From Camelus dromedarius (taxonomy: Eukaryota): a stretch of 64,000 bases of DNA. The position numbers and the translations under genes were made by a program. The first letter of the stretch is position 1. Every line of letters begins with the position of its first letter. The notes below the pieces were generated by a model. The model was not told the origin of the DNA and did not search any database. It saw nothing but the letters and a program-made list of their open reading frames with translations. Where the stretch lies: positions 95,606,001 through 95,670,000 of the forward strand of contig NC_087436.1 of assembly GCF_036321535.1 (NCBI RefSeq). The letters run 5' to 3'. Shown piece by piece: positions 40,383-54,335 of this stretch.

Positions 40383-41989
40383 TGCCCAAGCCCACTGGAC
40401 ACCCCGACCTTACCGGCTTCACATCTGATGGCCCTGGCTTGTTTCGCTTGCATGTTTATTTAGTTTAAGGTCTGCTTTAAAGGGCTCTCCAAGAGAGGCG
40501 GAAAAGGGAGGAGGAGTGCGGGAAACAACTCTTTAAAAGAGAACGTAGTGATTAAAAAGGAGCCAAGAGTAACAGCTCTGAGGGCTCCAGCAGCCTGGGA
40601 AGCCAGCACAGCCCTGGAGGGGGTCTCCCTTTATCCCACCACCACCACCGCCACTGCTGTCACGCCCTCCTCACTCTCCTTCCTGTCCCTTCTCCGCAGC
40701 AAGCATATCACCCCTAATACTCCAGGCTTTTTCTGTCATTGCTGCCTTTGCACTGAGTGAGAAAGTCTTTTTAAGATAGTATCTGCTGTAACCTCAGACC
40801 CAAGTCATTACAAACAAGTGTCTGACGGCCAAGAGCATGGCATCTGTACCTGTCCTCCACCTCCTGGGTGCTTAGCCAGCATCTGGCACCTAGAGATGCA
40901 ACCTGGGTGTAGAGAAAAGAGTAGGTGATGATCAGGAAACCCAGATCCCAGCCCCAGCTCCGTCACTGTCTAGCCATGTGATCTCACGCCGCCCAGCCTC
41001 TGGGGACTTAGACTCCTCGTCTGGATGAGAGTGATGCCTGTCCTGCCTGCCTCTCAAGGGGCTTGAGGGAGGAAGTGAGATAAGGCGTTTGAAAGTACTT
41101 TCCACAACGAGGGAATGAAAGGTATCCAAGGAAGCTTTGCTGACTGACTGATGGCCTGAGTAATTGATAATGCCTGGAGGACAAGGCCTCCCTACCTTTT
41201 TATTAAACACTTTTTACCAGAAGTTAAGGGATGATGGATACAGTCCTCAGGGGCAAAGACATTATTACAAATGTCAGACTGGTTGAACATTGTGTTCTGG
41301 CCAAGGAGTTTCCTACTTGCTCCCTCCTCTAGAGGAATTCCTGTCCCACTTAACATGATGTGTCTGTAATGGAGTCTCTAATTAAAGACTTGCAAGAGAC
41401 ATAGAAGGTCATTATGTCTCACCTTAGGAAGCACTCATATTCCTTAGGGTTTCCAGTGAGAGGCCCCAGGGAAAGTCTGTCTCCTGAGACTTGGCAAACC
41501 CACCAGCCTTCCTGGACTTCTCTACACTTGGTCACCAAGATGCAGACATCCTGGGGTTCAAAGGGCCTGGTAACTCTAACTCAGGCTTTAGAAGGATTTA
41601 AGAGAGAAAAATCAAGGCCCATCAATCTTCTAGAACTTGTGGAAATAGCAAGTTTGGCACTCCTGGGGAAGAAGAGTCAGTAAATAGGGATGCAGAGAAG
41701 GCAGGGGTGACAGGGAGAAAGAGAACAAGCCCCTGTGGCAAGGTTTGCCTTGCATCCTAAAAGGATAATGTGGCTGCTATGTGGAGAGTAAAACTGGGAG
41801 TGGGGCTGGGGCAGGGAGGTGGAGTCTGCGTAGAGAGACAGTCAGGAAGCTATTGGTAGGATTCACCTGAGAGATGATTGTGTGAACCAAAGTCAGCAGT
41901 GAAAAAGTGAGAAGTGGTTGGGTTTTGTGAACATCTCAAAGATCCCTTGGAGCCCTGGGGTACTCTCTGGCAGCTTCCATGTATCAGGC

Positions 41990-43325
41990 TGTTTGCTAAA
42001 TGTTTTCCCTTTAAGATCAGAATAAAGCAAGTATACCCACTTTAACCACTTATTCAACATTATATTGGAGATCTTAGCAGTGTAATAAATCAAAGAAAAA
42101 AAGGGGAAAGAGGGAAGGAGGGAGGGAGGGAAGGAAGGAAGGAACGAACGAAGGAAGGAAGAAAATGCATTAAGAATAGAAAGGAAGAAGTAAAATTACC
42201 TTTTTTTTTGCAGATAAGATGACCCTGTATGGAAAAATTCCTAAGAAATCTATTTTTTAATTACTAAAATGAAATAATAGATTAGTTTAACAATGTCACA
42301 GGATAGACGGTAAATATAAGAATGATATTTCTACGCACTAGCAAAAAAAAAAAAAGTTAGCAATTGAAGTAAAACAACCAACTTAGAATAGTATCAAAAT
42401 AAAATACAAGGAGATAATTTTAACAAAATATGTGCAAGCTGGTACAATGAGACCTAAAAACTTTCACTGAGAAAAAGCAAAGACAAGACATACAGCACAA
42501 AGGTAGACATATAGCACATTCATGAATTGAATGATTCCATAGTGTTGTTATCAATTCCCTCCACACTGATCTATGGATTCGACATATGGCAATCAGTATT
42601 CTAGCTGCTGTTTTTGGTAGGAATTAACAAGTTAATTCTAAAATGTATATGGAAATACAAAATATCTAGAATAGCCAAGGCAATTTTTAAAAAGAAGAAC
42701 TTGGAGACTTGCAGTACGAGATTTTAAGACTTACTGTAAAGCTACAGTAATCAAAAGAGCCTGGTATTGGCCTAAGAATAAACCTATGGATCAATGCACC
42801 AGAATAGGGGGTGCATAAATCAGCTCACACAGATTTGGTCAATTGATTTACAACAATTGATTTCCTATGGTGGAAAGAACAGTGTTTTAAATACATAATG
42901 CTGGGGCAGCTGAATAGCCATATGAAAAAAAAAATGAACCTTAACTTACAATCACACCATATCCCCAAATTAACTAGCAATGCTATTAGACACTAAAAGT
43001 ATAAAACTTCTAGAAGAAAATGTGGGAGAAGATCCTTGCATTTCTAATGTAGGCAAAGATTTCTTAGTACACAAAAGCATGAGTCATAGAAGAAAAAATA
43101 ACAAAATTGTACTTCATCAAAATTTAAAACTTTTGCTCCTCAAAATATACCATTAATGGAAAGGCAACCCAGAGACAGGGAGAAAATATTTGCAATACAG
43201 ATTTCTGACAAAGGACTTGACTCCAAAATATATAAAGAACTCTCAAACCAAGTATTAACAAAATAACCCAATAAAAAGTGGATAAAAGATTTGACACTTT
43301 ACCACAGAAGATATACAAAAAAAAT
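41990..43325 (+). mobile_element. Old L1M ORF2 fragment with internal (GGAA)-type repeat ~42105-42160
   Basis: tttttgcagataagatga; ctagaatagccaaggcaatt; aaagctacagtaatcaaaagagcctggtattgg; aaaacttctagaagaaaa. Confidence 0.85.
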
Positions 43326-45589
43326 GCCATCACCTTTTCATTCCTGCCAATGAGTGCATTGTCCTCCAGGACCACACACACACACACACACACACATTCC
43401 TTTTTTTGACTGCTAAATTTTTACTTGTCTTTCAAGGCATGGTTTAAGTATCTCTTTTCTTAAGTCATACTGAAGGTCCTTATCTTCCTTGGAGAGTTAT
43501 AGTTAGGGAATACATAACCATTACTCTCCATGAGATTTTATCACTTGATAAAGAACTTGCCTCACTTTATTATGATTGTCTGCTTCAGGATCTGTTTCCT
43601 CCACTCGAATGCGAATCCCTTAAAGGAGAAGAAAGTATCTTCTTCATCTTATTATATCTACTACCTAGCACAAGCCCTGGAATAGAGTAGATGCTCAATA
43701 AATTTTTGTTAATGGAGGGAAAAAACATCTCTTCCTTACTTCCTAGAATGCAAATTACATCCTGATCCTATCATTTCTCTTAAATTAGGCCCTTTCGGGT
43801 AATAAGGAATCCTAGATCTATGAAATCATCAAATTTTCAATCTCAGAAGACCTCCAGACCTAGGGAGGTTCCACAGAAGTGACCTGCAAGGACTGAAGGA
43901 TATGCCTCTGTAACCTCACTTTAAGGGCTGCACAGTATCCCAATTGTTGGAGTTTACTAAAATTTACTTTGAAAAAGCCCTCCTGCTAGAAATTTAGATG
44001 TTTGCCAAGTTTTTACTTTCACATTTAATACTAGAATAAGCCTCTGGCATATGACTGATGATTTCTACAATTGTTTTCAGTCTAACAATCTATTATTAGA
44101 TCCACCCCAATTCCATCCCCCACCTACAATCAACTTTGATATAATTTTTTTCAAAGCCAACTAATAAATAATGCATAAGCCAAATGCTATTTCTCTTTGA
44201 GATTCTGTAATCCCTGATCTTCCATTGGTTCTCAGATATGTTCTTCAGTGTCACCACAAAATACACAATGACCTCCTTTGTGCATCCTCAATTCTTTATC
44301 CAAACTTCTCTAAGCACCTCCGCACACGTGTCTCTACCCCACCTTACTGGTCTGGGTGTAACACCAGAGCTAACGGGCACTGGAGAGGCAAAAAAAAACT
44401 TCTCTGTGGGTTTTAAAAATGAAATGAAATGAAATGAAATAATATAAAATAAGATAAAACCCCATCTCAAGGAGAAAATAAAACATGTGAGATCCTCCCA
44501 AATTCTGGAAACATGTTGAGAGGCTTAGATAGAATAGGCAGGGTTTAATTATTCTAATAAAATTTATTTGACTATGAAAAATGTTCTGAAAGAGGACACG
44601 GACAATTTGTTGGGATGGGTTACCAAACAGATTTTCATCACTGCAAAAGAGACATAGGAAGGACAGGAGGTGGAAACGTTATTTTAATTATACATATTTC
44701 AATATGTTCTTAGGAGGAAAACCATATTTCACTAGATGAGCCAAAAAAAAGTTGCTTTCCTACCATAAAGTAATGCATGTCTATGATAGAATTGAGATAG
44801 TTTAGATAAGAAAAAAGAAAAATGGAATTATTCTTAAATATCTTATATATATTCATATATCTTTTTCAGAGTTAACCATTTTCAGTCATTTCAGGCATCT
44901 TTCCAGTCTTCTCTCCATGTGTATATGTCTGTGTGTAACTAAAATGTGATCAAAGTGTTGTAGAGTCTATTTTTCCCTCTCTAAGCCACATATTAAACAT
45001 ATTCCAATGTCATTCCAATTCTCCTGTAACATGTATTCATATTTAGCAAAATTTGTTTCAACAATCCCCTACTATTGAATATATAGGTTGTTTCTCATTT
45101 GGAGCCATTATAACAAACCCTACAGTGAACATCTTATACCTACTGCTCTAAGAATTGTCCTGATTATCTCCTTAAGATAAGTTCCCTGAAGTAGAATTCT
45201 GGGTCAAAGGGTAGGTAAAAAAAAATTGAAACAATTCTTTTAATCTTATTCCACAAAAGATAACCTTTTAAGTTTTATGAAAGGCTTCCATCAGCACATA
45301 TGACTCTTCTGGACTTAGCTCTGTGTGGGTTCCTGGTTAATTAAATGATTTTGGTTATTGAACTTGCCAAGCTACAAGTACATATATGCAGCAAATGAAT
45401 CACCCAACACAGATTTTTCCTTCCACCAAAAGTCCCCAGGAGACATAGGAAGGACAGGAGGAGGCTGGCATTTCCTGCAGCCTGTTTTACCCTAACTTAG
45501 TTGTGGTTGCTAAGTCTTGACTTCCTGTTTTCTGCCTCCTAGTGGATGTGTGTGCTTTGAATCATGCTAACTCCAGATCCCTAAATCTC

Positions 45590-45790
45590 ATTTGGCAAAA
45601 TCCTGTCCCTTAAGTCCAGGGGCATTTTTCACTGTTAAGTCTCTCATTAGTTTCTCTCCGCCAGAGTTTGTAACACCTTGTAATTTGGCCACCTTGGCTA
45701 ATTTCATCAAGCTGTTTATATCTTTTGGATCATTACTAAAGATTAAATGGGCAACACCTAAGCTGACCTCTCTGGCCCCACCCAGTGCTC
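45590..45790 (-). mobile_element. CR1/L3 LINE reverse-transcriptase relic
   Basis: Translation GGAREVSLGVAHLIFSNDPKDINSLMKLAKVAKLQGVTN resembles, by eye, the CR1 RT segment [33 protein letters not shown].AN. Confidence 0.55.
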
Positions 45791-45999
45791 CACCCTGTGT
45801 CAGTTTCATCCCTGTATTTCATGACACTTCCGTGCTTTCTAATTGTTACCCACCACATGACCACATTTTGGCTGAAGAGGCTGGACTCCATGGTCAGACC
45901 ACACATTGCCTTAAGCAGTGACCACACCCACGAACTTGAAGACTCCACCTTACATTTTATTCTCCCCAGGCCCTTAAATGACCCCCTGTGCTGCAGGAA

Positions 46000-46490
46000 A
46001 CCCTCCACGTACCTTTCCATCTCCAAGCCCCACCTTCTCCAGCTTGCTCTGTATACCCCAGGAGGCTGATCTGTAGGAGTCGCCTCAACAGACTCCACAG
46101 CCCTCTGGCATCTGGTTGGATTCAGCCAGTAGGGAGCACTGCAGGGGATGGAGGGAGGTTGGGAGGGGGTAGTTCAAGGCCGCAGTATCCATTCACTCAG
46201 CTCTCTCCACTAGTGAGTGTGCCCAGTCCTTCCACCAGTAGTCATTGCCTTCTCAAGGAGACCTCTTCACAGAGCTGTCTATCCAGGGACCCACACCCAT
46301 ACCTTCTCCTTATCCTTTCAGTCCTAGCAGTGGTAACAACCCTGTTGCACCAACCTCAGACTCCCAACTCTTCCCTGTGGTTTCCCTAAACCTTGCCCAT
46401 CCTTTGTAAATAGTTGCTTTATTAAATTCTCCTTGATTTACCCAATATGGGAGTATCATCCATTCTTTACTGGGCCCCTGGCTGATATGC
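46000..46490. mobile_element. ERVL-class LTR (LTR16/33-like)
   Basis: gccctctggcatctggttggattcagcca..ccctaaaccttgcccat..tttgtaaatagt..tttattaaattctc. Confidence 0.65.
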
Positions 46491-46823
46491 CATGTAACAC
46501 GGCCAGCCCTATGATAAGGCTACCATGGGGCTAGGCTGGACATGGCCCAGGTCCATCACCTCTGCTTCCAGACAGATTGCAATGAACTCAAATCCCTTCT
46601 GGATCTGAACCTCTCATCCTTCTCTCAGATCCAGAAACATTTAGGTCTTTTGAAGTTCTCACATTTTTTTAAATACAAAAGAACTTTGAAATTCTCTTAA
46701 TAAGAGCTATTTCAGATACTCCAGCATTTTCCATTTATTCATTTAACAAATATTTATGGAGCACCTCCCATGCACCCAACACTGAGCTGGACAGTCAGCA
46801 CAGGGACCGAGCAGACACGCTCA

Positions 46824-46870
46824 GGGCCGTGAGAGTTAGCTGGGCCGTGCGAGTTAGCCTGACCGTGAGA
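46824..46870. repeat. 18-bp tandem repeat GGGCCGTG(A/C)GAGTTAGC(T/C) x~2.6
   Basis: Copies at 46824 and 46842, partial copy at 46860. Confidence 0.8.
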
Positions 46871-48689
46871 CCAGTGACCCTGGCTGTTCTGCTGAGAAAT
46901 TGCTTCCTGCAAAAAGAAGTGTCTTTTGTTCTACATTCCAACTAGTGGAAGGCCAGTGCCCCTTCCTGCTGAGGGTTCATAGTCAACATTTCACAATATC
47001 CTAAAAGAACTTCAGTCCCAGGAGTACAAGAAGACAGAGGGAATTCGACTCAATAAAAGGAAAATTTTAGAAGTGGGGAGAGCTTCGGGTTCCTTGTAAT
47101 CAAAGGTTCACCCTGAGCACACACGAGGCTGATCAGTCTTGTCACCAGTATGGTCACCATCACGCCATCCTCCCTGCCTGTCACCTTCTCACACCTGCCC
47201 CGCCCTAGACTGTTAGGCAAGGTGTGCATGTCCCAAGATGCCACAGCCAGCACTCCAGACCCTTTTCTTCTCCCTGGCCTGCTCTGGCTCCCCACCCATT
47301 TATTCTGGAGATAGACCCCGGACTCGGTTGCCTTTACCTCCCCCCTCAGCCTGTGACATTGGTGCTTCTCCTCCACCTTCCTGACTCTTGTCTCCTTCTG
47401 CTGAGTCTGATTCAGCTTGTCCTCCTGGCTTTCCTTATCCCAAGCTGCCTTAAGGAGGACCCCTTTCTTGTTTCTGGTCCCTTGAAGCCCAACTCCTGGC
47501 ATGAGCTCTGGCCTCTTCCTCTCCAGCCACTCCCAAACGCCAGGAGTTCTTTTTCTAGCCGATTCCTTAATTGGTCTTCTTCAGATGCCCGGAAAAACCA
47601 ATCCTCTTCCTTTTCTTTCCTCTCTCCTCGCTTTTTGTGCCTTCATTCCTTTCCTCCTGCACATTTTTGTCTCTCAATCTTCCTCAAAAGAGCTACAGGA
47701 ATGCCTTGCTTTGAAAAATAGATATTTCCCTGAGGATCTATAGGTAATTAAAGTTTATAACATTTGAAATTCAGTCAGCATGCTCAAAATAATGATAGTG
47801 ATGTTGATGGTAGTAGTAACATTAGCTTCCAAAGACTATGTTTTCTACATACGAGGCACTGTACTGAGAACTCTGTACACATCAGCTAATTTAACCCTTA
47901 CAGGAGCCCTTGAAGTGAGTATCAGCATTCTGCCTGGATTGCAGTCAAGGAAACTGAGGCTGAGAGAGGAGCCGTGACTTGCCCAAGGTCACACAGCAAG
48001 CAACTTTCTTGCTTTCATCACTGCACTAGCTAAAGCAATCCTGTTCTAGCTTCTCTTGAAAGGAGCAAGCTTCTGTAACAGAAATAGCCCCTCCACAACT
48101 ACCCACTTTGTAAGTTATAACTCTTATATAATGAGCTTCCCTCAGCGAGGCACACCCATCCTCCTTCTCGGGTGGGGGAAGCCTCAGCAGGTGAAACCTC
48201 CTATTTACTCTCCATCCACTGCTGGTCCTGTGCTGGGTGTGGCCATGGGTGGGGAGCCGCCCAAACCACCTCTTTACATATGCTCACTCACAAGTCCTCC
48301 CCAGGGTGACTCTGTCTGCAGATTCTGTCCTCCTGGCAGCGCCATCAAAGGGACAGCAGCAAACACTTGGCTTCGAATAGGATTAGCACTTTCTAATGAC
48401 ATACAACCTCTGTCTGGTCTGTGTTTTCAAAAGGGGTGAGTTTCTCCATGAAAAACAGATGCAAATGGGGAAAGACTATGCACCTAGTTAAACTGAACCA
48501 TGACAAGTCAATCATTCTTTCAACAAACACGTACCAAGTGTCAATAACGTACCTGGCCAAGAGCAAGCTATTGGGCTTTTTCTCCCAGGATTTGTACCTC
48601 CTTCAGTAGAAGGTGTAAAATATTCTAAGTGTCCCTGTGGTCAACTGGATTATAACTTAGCAAACATTTGTTTTGCTCTCTTCTCTCAC

Positions 48690-49022
48690 TCCCCCAATCT
48701 CTGCCCCATTAATTGGGGACTTGGCCATGTAAAATATTTTGGCCAATGGAATGTGGAACAAAGTGGTAATCCAGTTTCAAGAAACAACATTGCAAAAATC
48801 TGCCAACTGTCTTGAACGCCTGCCCTCCAACATGGGAACATTGCTGTTCCTTCGGCCTGGGTCCCAAAATAAGAAGATGTAAGGGGGCAGCCCTAAACTG
48901 CAGCACAACTCACAGCCACTGACACACTACATATACAAATAATATACATTTGTTACTGAAGGCCACTGACAGCCTGAGGTTGTTTGTTACCCAGCATTAT
49001 CACAATAAAAACTGACTAATCC
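48690..49022. mobile_element. MaLR LTR (MLT1-like), diverged
   Basis: tttggccaatggaatgtgg..gcctgggtccc..gccactga..ttgtttgttacccagcattat..ctgactaat. Confidence 0.65.
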
Positions 49023-52000
49023 AGCTCATATACACAGCCATTTTACAAACCTACCCTCTGGTATTTTTCTTGTTCTTTGAATTTTAATCTATAGCACCCT
49101 AGAGGTGATGAGTTTCACTCATCATCCAAGGTATTTCCCAGTCGGGTGGAGAAAGCAGTCTGAGCAAAACTTACTGATCTACATGTCATACACAGTACCT
49201 GCAGAAAGCCCAGAAACCCAACACCAGCCCTTCTACAAAGAATATTATTCCTCACTGCTACCCACAGACACCTTATTTTCTATTGCTCATTATCAATTTC
49301 TAAAGTTAACATTAGCCACATCAAGGGCAAGTACTTTTGTTTAAATACTCTGAAGGCTCCAAATGAGTTTAATGTTTACAACTCAAGACCAACACAAATC
49401 AGGAAACCTATGAAAACTGGGACTGAGGCTTAGAGGCCTCTCCAGTCACCCTCTGGTGCACTGTAGGTATTTAATCATGTTCTTTTAATTTCCTTTAGCT
49501 CAACAAATATTTATTGAGAATACATCCTATGTACAAAGGGGATGTTCCTACCTTCAACTCACTAGCTTACCATCTGGTGGAAAGGATGAGTATTTACGTA
49601 ACTATAATTAAAGACAACACATGGAAAACATTTTGAGAAAAGTCCCAAATTTAGCTAGAGGTGGTAGAGAAACATTGTATCCAACCTGAGGGGGCCAAGA
49701 AAAGAGAGCATTTCAAAGAGAAGGAATGAAGGTGTGGAGGCTGAATGGAACAGAATATGAACTATGGAGAGACAGAATGCAAAGATCAGGAAAGGCTACA
49801 CCGTGCACAGCTGCCTAAGCCAGGCTGGTGAGTTTCTGGCCAAACCCAAAAATGACTGAGCGTTTAATTAAATCCATCACCTCCATTTTGACCACACCCT
49901 TCGCTGGGCCCCATGTTTGAATTTTTCTGAGAACTTCAAGTCATTAACAGTTTGAGCCTCCACAAAAACAGCTAGGGGTAAAAGATGCCGGAGAAGTGAA
50001 CATGTCTCTAAGATGGTTTCCATGACAACAACCACAAAGGAGGGCAACAAGCAGGCTGCGTATCTTGGGAAAGACGAGGAAGAACATCATAGCCGCAGGT
50101 GCAATGGCAGGTGTTTTCACATCCTAGACACCATCAGTCCTGGCTGAGGGAAGAGGGGGTCAAGCAGTGCAGCGGACTGGCTTCACCCTCACTGCCCACC
50201 CTGACAGCGCGGCCTTGCCTCTCCAGGAAGTAGCATCCCTGTAGGCTGCTCACAGGAGGGCAGGGCCCTGCACACCCACACCCTGCCCCACCCCTACACC
50301 TCCTCCCCAGGCTGCACCTGGCCTCTGGCCTCACCTGCTCCACCTAGTTACACCCAGGACTCCACCTGGCCAGAAAACACATCACTGTCAGGCAATTACG
50401 AAACCAAGTGAAGACACTCAAGCAGTACCGGGTTCCCAGCTGGACTCAGCTGAGCAACCCTGGCGCCATCTGTGTGCCTCTAACTTTCTGCTTCTATCCT
50501 ATTAAAGCCGTCCCTTCATGGGTCCCACTTCCCCCCTGGCCATAATCTGCACAGAATTTCACCTCTGTGCCAGGTGCCTAGTCCATAGACGGCACACGTT
50601 AAATAACAGAGACAGTCTTTGCACGTATTAAATGCTTTCTCTTGACATATTTCTCTGAATCCTTCCAACAACCCAACCCTACAGGGTAGGCATTATCATC
50701 CCCATTTTACAAACCAGGAACTTGAAACTCAGGAAGATGAAGCAGGCCCTCCAAGATCACGCATCGAGGAAGTGGAGGAGCTGAGATCTGAGTGTCAGGT
50801 CCCCCTTATAGAAGTGGGTTTATGTGCATTGGACTGAATAGATAACCAGGTTTCCAGAATAGAAAGACTTCGAGCGTCCTCATTAGATCAGTCTTTTGGA
50901 CTAAGACTAAAGTTTCCTTTGAGAGTTGCTGCTTGGAAAATTCACCCTCGGCTGGCGTTTGGCGGAGACATACAGGGCCTATCTTTACTGTCTTTATACC
51001 TCTGTTTGAAACTGAATTGCACTCTCTGGGTCAGGGGTAGAAGAAATTTACAGGAATAGCTCTGTAACTCTTTCACCAAGGTGACACATGCCAGGCCAGA
51101 TGAGAACTTCCCCAAGAAAGCCAAGAGCAGGGCCCCGTGCAAGTGACAGGGACCTGCAGGCCAGTGGCTGCCGTCACACACCTGTTGGATGCCCAGCAGT
51201 GGCCTCAGCCACGTGCACCAGTTCAGAGTACAGCACTGTTGGGAGGAGGGTAGAGGATGGTTTCTGAACAGAAACCTAGATCACTGGCTGGAGTTTACCG
51301 GGAATCCAAGCTAAGAAGACTGGCCTGCAAAACTAACGTGAGTATTCAAGAGGTCATTTTTCTCAAGTATTCAAGAAATCTTTTTTAATACAATGGGGAA
51401 TGAATCTGAAACCCTTCCAAATTTTTCCAAAAAAGAAAATTAGCACTCTAACACTGCCAGATCATGACCAACATTTTTTTTTTCAGAACCACGACCCACA
51501 GTCCAGTGTTCAGACACATCCCGAGTGATGTGTGAAACAGCCAGGTTAACTGGCTTACTAACCCTTGGTCAGGAGCCAGAGGTAAATAGTGTGACTCGGG
51601 GCTCTTACCTCGGGCTTGGGCAAACGCAAGCAGGGATCCGCCCAGCTGACACCAGTCCTGACCATCTGGTCCAGCAGGATGAAATTATTTTTATTTGCAG
51701 CCGCACCCACTGCTCCACCTCAAGAAACAGCAGGTAGTAGCATCAAACCTGGTTTGAACCCTCTCGAAAGGCAGACGCTCAGAGAGTAGGTCTGTAGCCA
51801 GACGTAAGAATGCAAAACCTCTCTAGAAATCCAAGTGGTCCCTGGGAAAGCCTGGGCGGGACAGAGGGGCTTTGAGCCTAAAAGCATTTCCTTCTCCCCC
51901 TACCTGAAGAGCAGTTAGGGAACTGGTCAATGATTTACAACTTGATTATTTAAGAAAACGAGCACATTAACTTTCTGGATCACTCATCCACAATAAATTA

Positions 52001-52976
52001 CGAAAACTCAGTTGAAATGCAAGATTCCAGAAGGCTTAAAAGATAGATCAGGCAGTAGGTTAGTAACAGTGATTTTTTTTTTTTAACCTTGGCTTAAATT
52101 CAGACTTAAAGAAATTGGCCAAATGGCCCTGTTAAATGAAAGGCTGGCATTTTCTTAGACAAACGTGAAGTTCATTTTAACATCAGATGAGCAGTTCAAA
52201 GTTAAGTACTCAGATACGGAAGGGGAGAGCTAGGTGTCTCATATGTAAGAATCCTAGGTCTGCCGCGCTCTCCTCTTCCTCCCCCATCCCATAAAGCAAC
52301 TGAAAGTTGCAGTCAGGGCACTCATTTGTAAATGATCCTGCTTTAAGAACGCAGGGTAAAATAATTTAGCAAACACATTGGAAATAACTTTGTGAGTTTT
52401 GCTGAGTTAAGCTGTTTTCAATTAACATCATTTTTCAACCACACTGATTTGGAGACAGGCTTGGAATATTTATCTTTCTTTCCCCAACAGGAATTGCTTC
52501 TTGTGTTTGTTTCATTAACAATTATGAGTCTAAAATCAAGTGGCTAATATGAAATGTCAGGGGGAAAAATTGAGACCAGCAGGATGACCCTGCCCTGTAG
52601 AATGTGTTCCCAGTCTTAGAATAACCAATCACAAAAGACATAACTCTGGGGATCTTCTAGGCCTTACCTGTAAGGCATACAAGTTACATTGGAAGTGAGG
52701 ACTGATCACCCAAGACTAGGTAGGACTCATATTCAGCTTGTGTGCTCAGATATGGCCAGGCTACTGCCGGTAGTTGTACAGTGCACAGCCTTCACAACCA
52801 TACACTGTGGCCTCACCGGTTGTTTATATTTGGTATCTTTTTGATGGGCTGGTGCCCTTGCTGTTTGTTAATCTGCTAAGTCAGCTAGTATGTGTCTCTC
52901 TCTTGTCCAACTTCCAAGATTGTATTGCTGTTGTCTCTTCTCCTGTCCTCTCTGTCCTGTCCTTGTGAGTTTATTC

Positions 52977-53012
<36 letters not shown>

Positions 53013-53870
53013 TGCTGTCATTTCAGTTGGGTTTGGGGAGAAAACTAACTTAGATTAAAATGTTGAATCCACAGTCTGAACCTGAAGCCAGAATACATTC
53101 AGTTTTTAGGTCTAGCCATACAGCCCAGATTTCCTAATATTTAGTCTTAGGAAATATTACTATATTTGATATTTAGTCACTAGTTCTCTGAAATAATCTT
53201 TAAGGGTTTTTAAAATTATTACTATTATTGCTGTTGCTGTTGCAGTTTTTAAAAAATAAAGAAATCCAAAAAACTTGAAATATAAATCAGAGTTCCTAAA
53301 GCATTGGCAAAATCTTTTTGGAACTTCATGAAAACATTGGATCTTCTGAGCAGCGTGCAGGATAGAGTGTCAGCCTCTTGCCTGGAGAAAATGGGTATGT
53401 TATGATTGAAGCCAGCAGTGTGGATGAGTGTGTATCTGACCAAGCTCAAATATGGAACAGTTATTTATTCTGACATAGTTGGAAGTTGGGAAAGATCATT
53501 AGGATGTTACACACAGAGATATGTCAATGGCGTAAGTTATTGACCTATTCCAAGAAAAGACCAACTTGATTAACCTCTGATGGTTATCTCATTTTCTTGA
53601 GAAAATAAAACAAAACAGCTGGACCATTCATTGTAGGAAAGAGAGGAGGACTAAACTCACAGCAGGGTTTGCCCTCCCCTACACCCCTTGGCCTTTTGAC
53701 TCATTTCTTAGACCCCAGCAGCTGCCACAGGAGATAACATCTGCGAACACCCATACAGTGTTCCTATCTAGACCTCATGGGGTTCATTCGGCCAGGAGTT
53801 AATGAGCTCCTACTATGTGCTAGGAACAGTCCCAGGCAGAGCAAACAAAAGAAAGTCTCTGCTTTTATAG

Positions 53871-54000
53871 TTTTTTTTGGGGGGGGGGGGTAATTAGGTT
53901 TATTTATTTACTTATTTATTTTAATGGAGGTACTAGGGATCGAACACTGGACCTCATGCATGCTCAACACTCACTCTATCACTGAGCTATACCCTCGCCC
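53871..54000 (-). mobile_element. tRNA-derived SINE (camelid Vic-1-like)
   Basis: Reverse complement GGGCGAGGGTATAGCTCAGTGATAGAG..GTGTTCGATCCCTAGTACCTCC..(TAAA)n CCTAATTA Cn An; A and B boxes present. Confidence 0.88.
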
Positions 54001-54335
54001 ATCACAGAGCTTTTATGCAAGTGGGTGGTAAAATGATACTGCAGACAAATATATAAGTAGTAACATGTATATGTGAAGGACTAAGAAGACATTTAAGACT
54101 AAGTAGTCTTGGAGAAAGTGTACAGGGATGTCCTCTCTGACAAGGGGACTTTGAACAGCTGGAGAAAGAACATTCTAAGTAGAAAGGAGACAGGGGGACC
54201 TGAGGCAAGATCCGAAACAGCCGGCATGTTGAAGTAACAGCAAAGAGGTGAGAATAATACAAGATGAAATCTAGAGGGTGGGTAGGTAAATCACATAAGC
54301 TTTTGAAGGCATTTGAAAGGGCTTCTGGATTTCTC

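Noticed and set aside
51688..51739. Possible 33-nt plus-strand micro-exon (PHPLLHLKKQQ)
   Set aside because: Weak donor (GTAGTA), no partner exons, and no recognisable peptide.
52470..52540. Strong acceptor-like tract (ctttctttccccaacag), similarly at ~6611-6627
   Set aside because: No convincing downstream reading frame or donor; unsupported without RNA data.
52979..53008. A30 run as a retrocopy tail
   Set aside because: No TSD, AATAAA or upstream ORF was found; treated as a simple homopolymer.
27977..54000. tRNA genes at ~27977-28070 and ~53871-54000
   Set aside because: tRNA-like heads carry A-rich tails and degenerate boxes, so these are SINEs.
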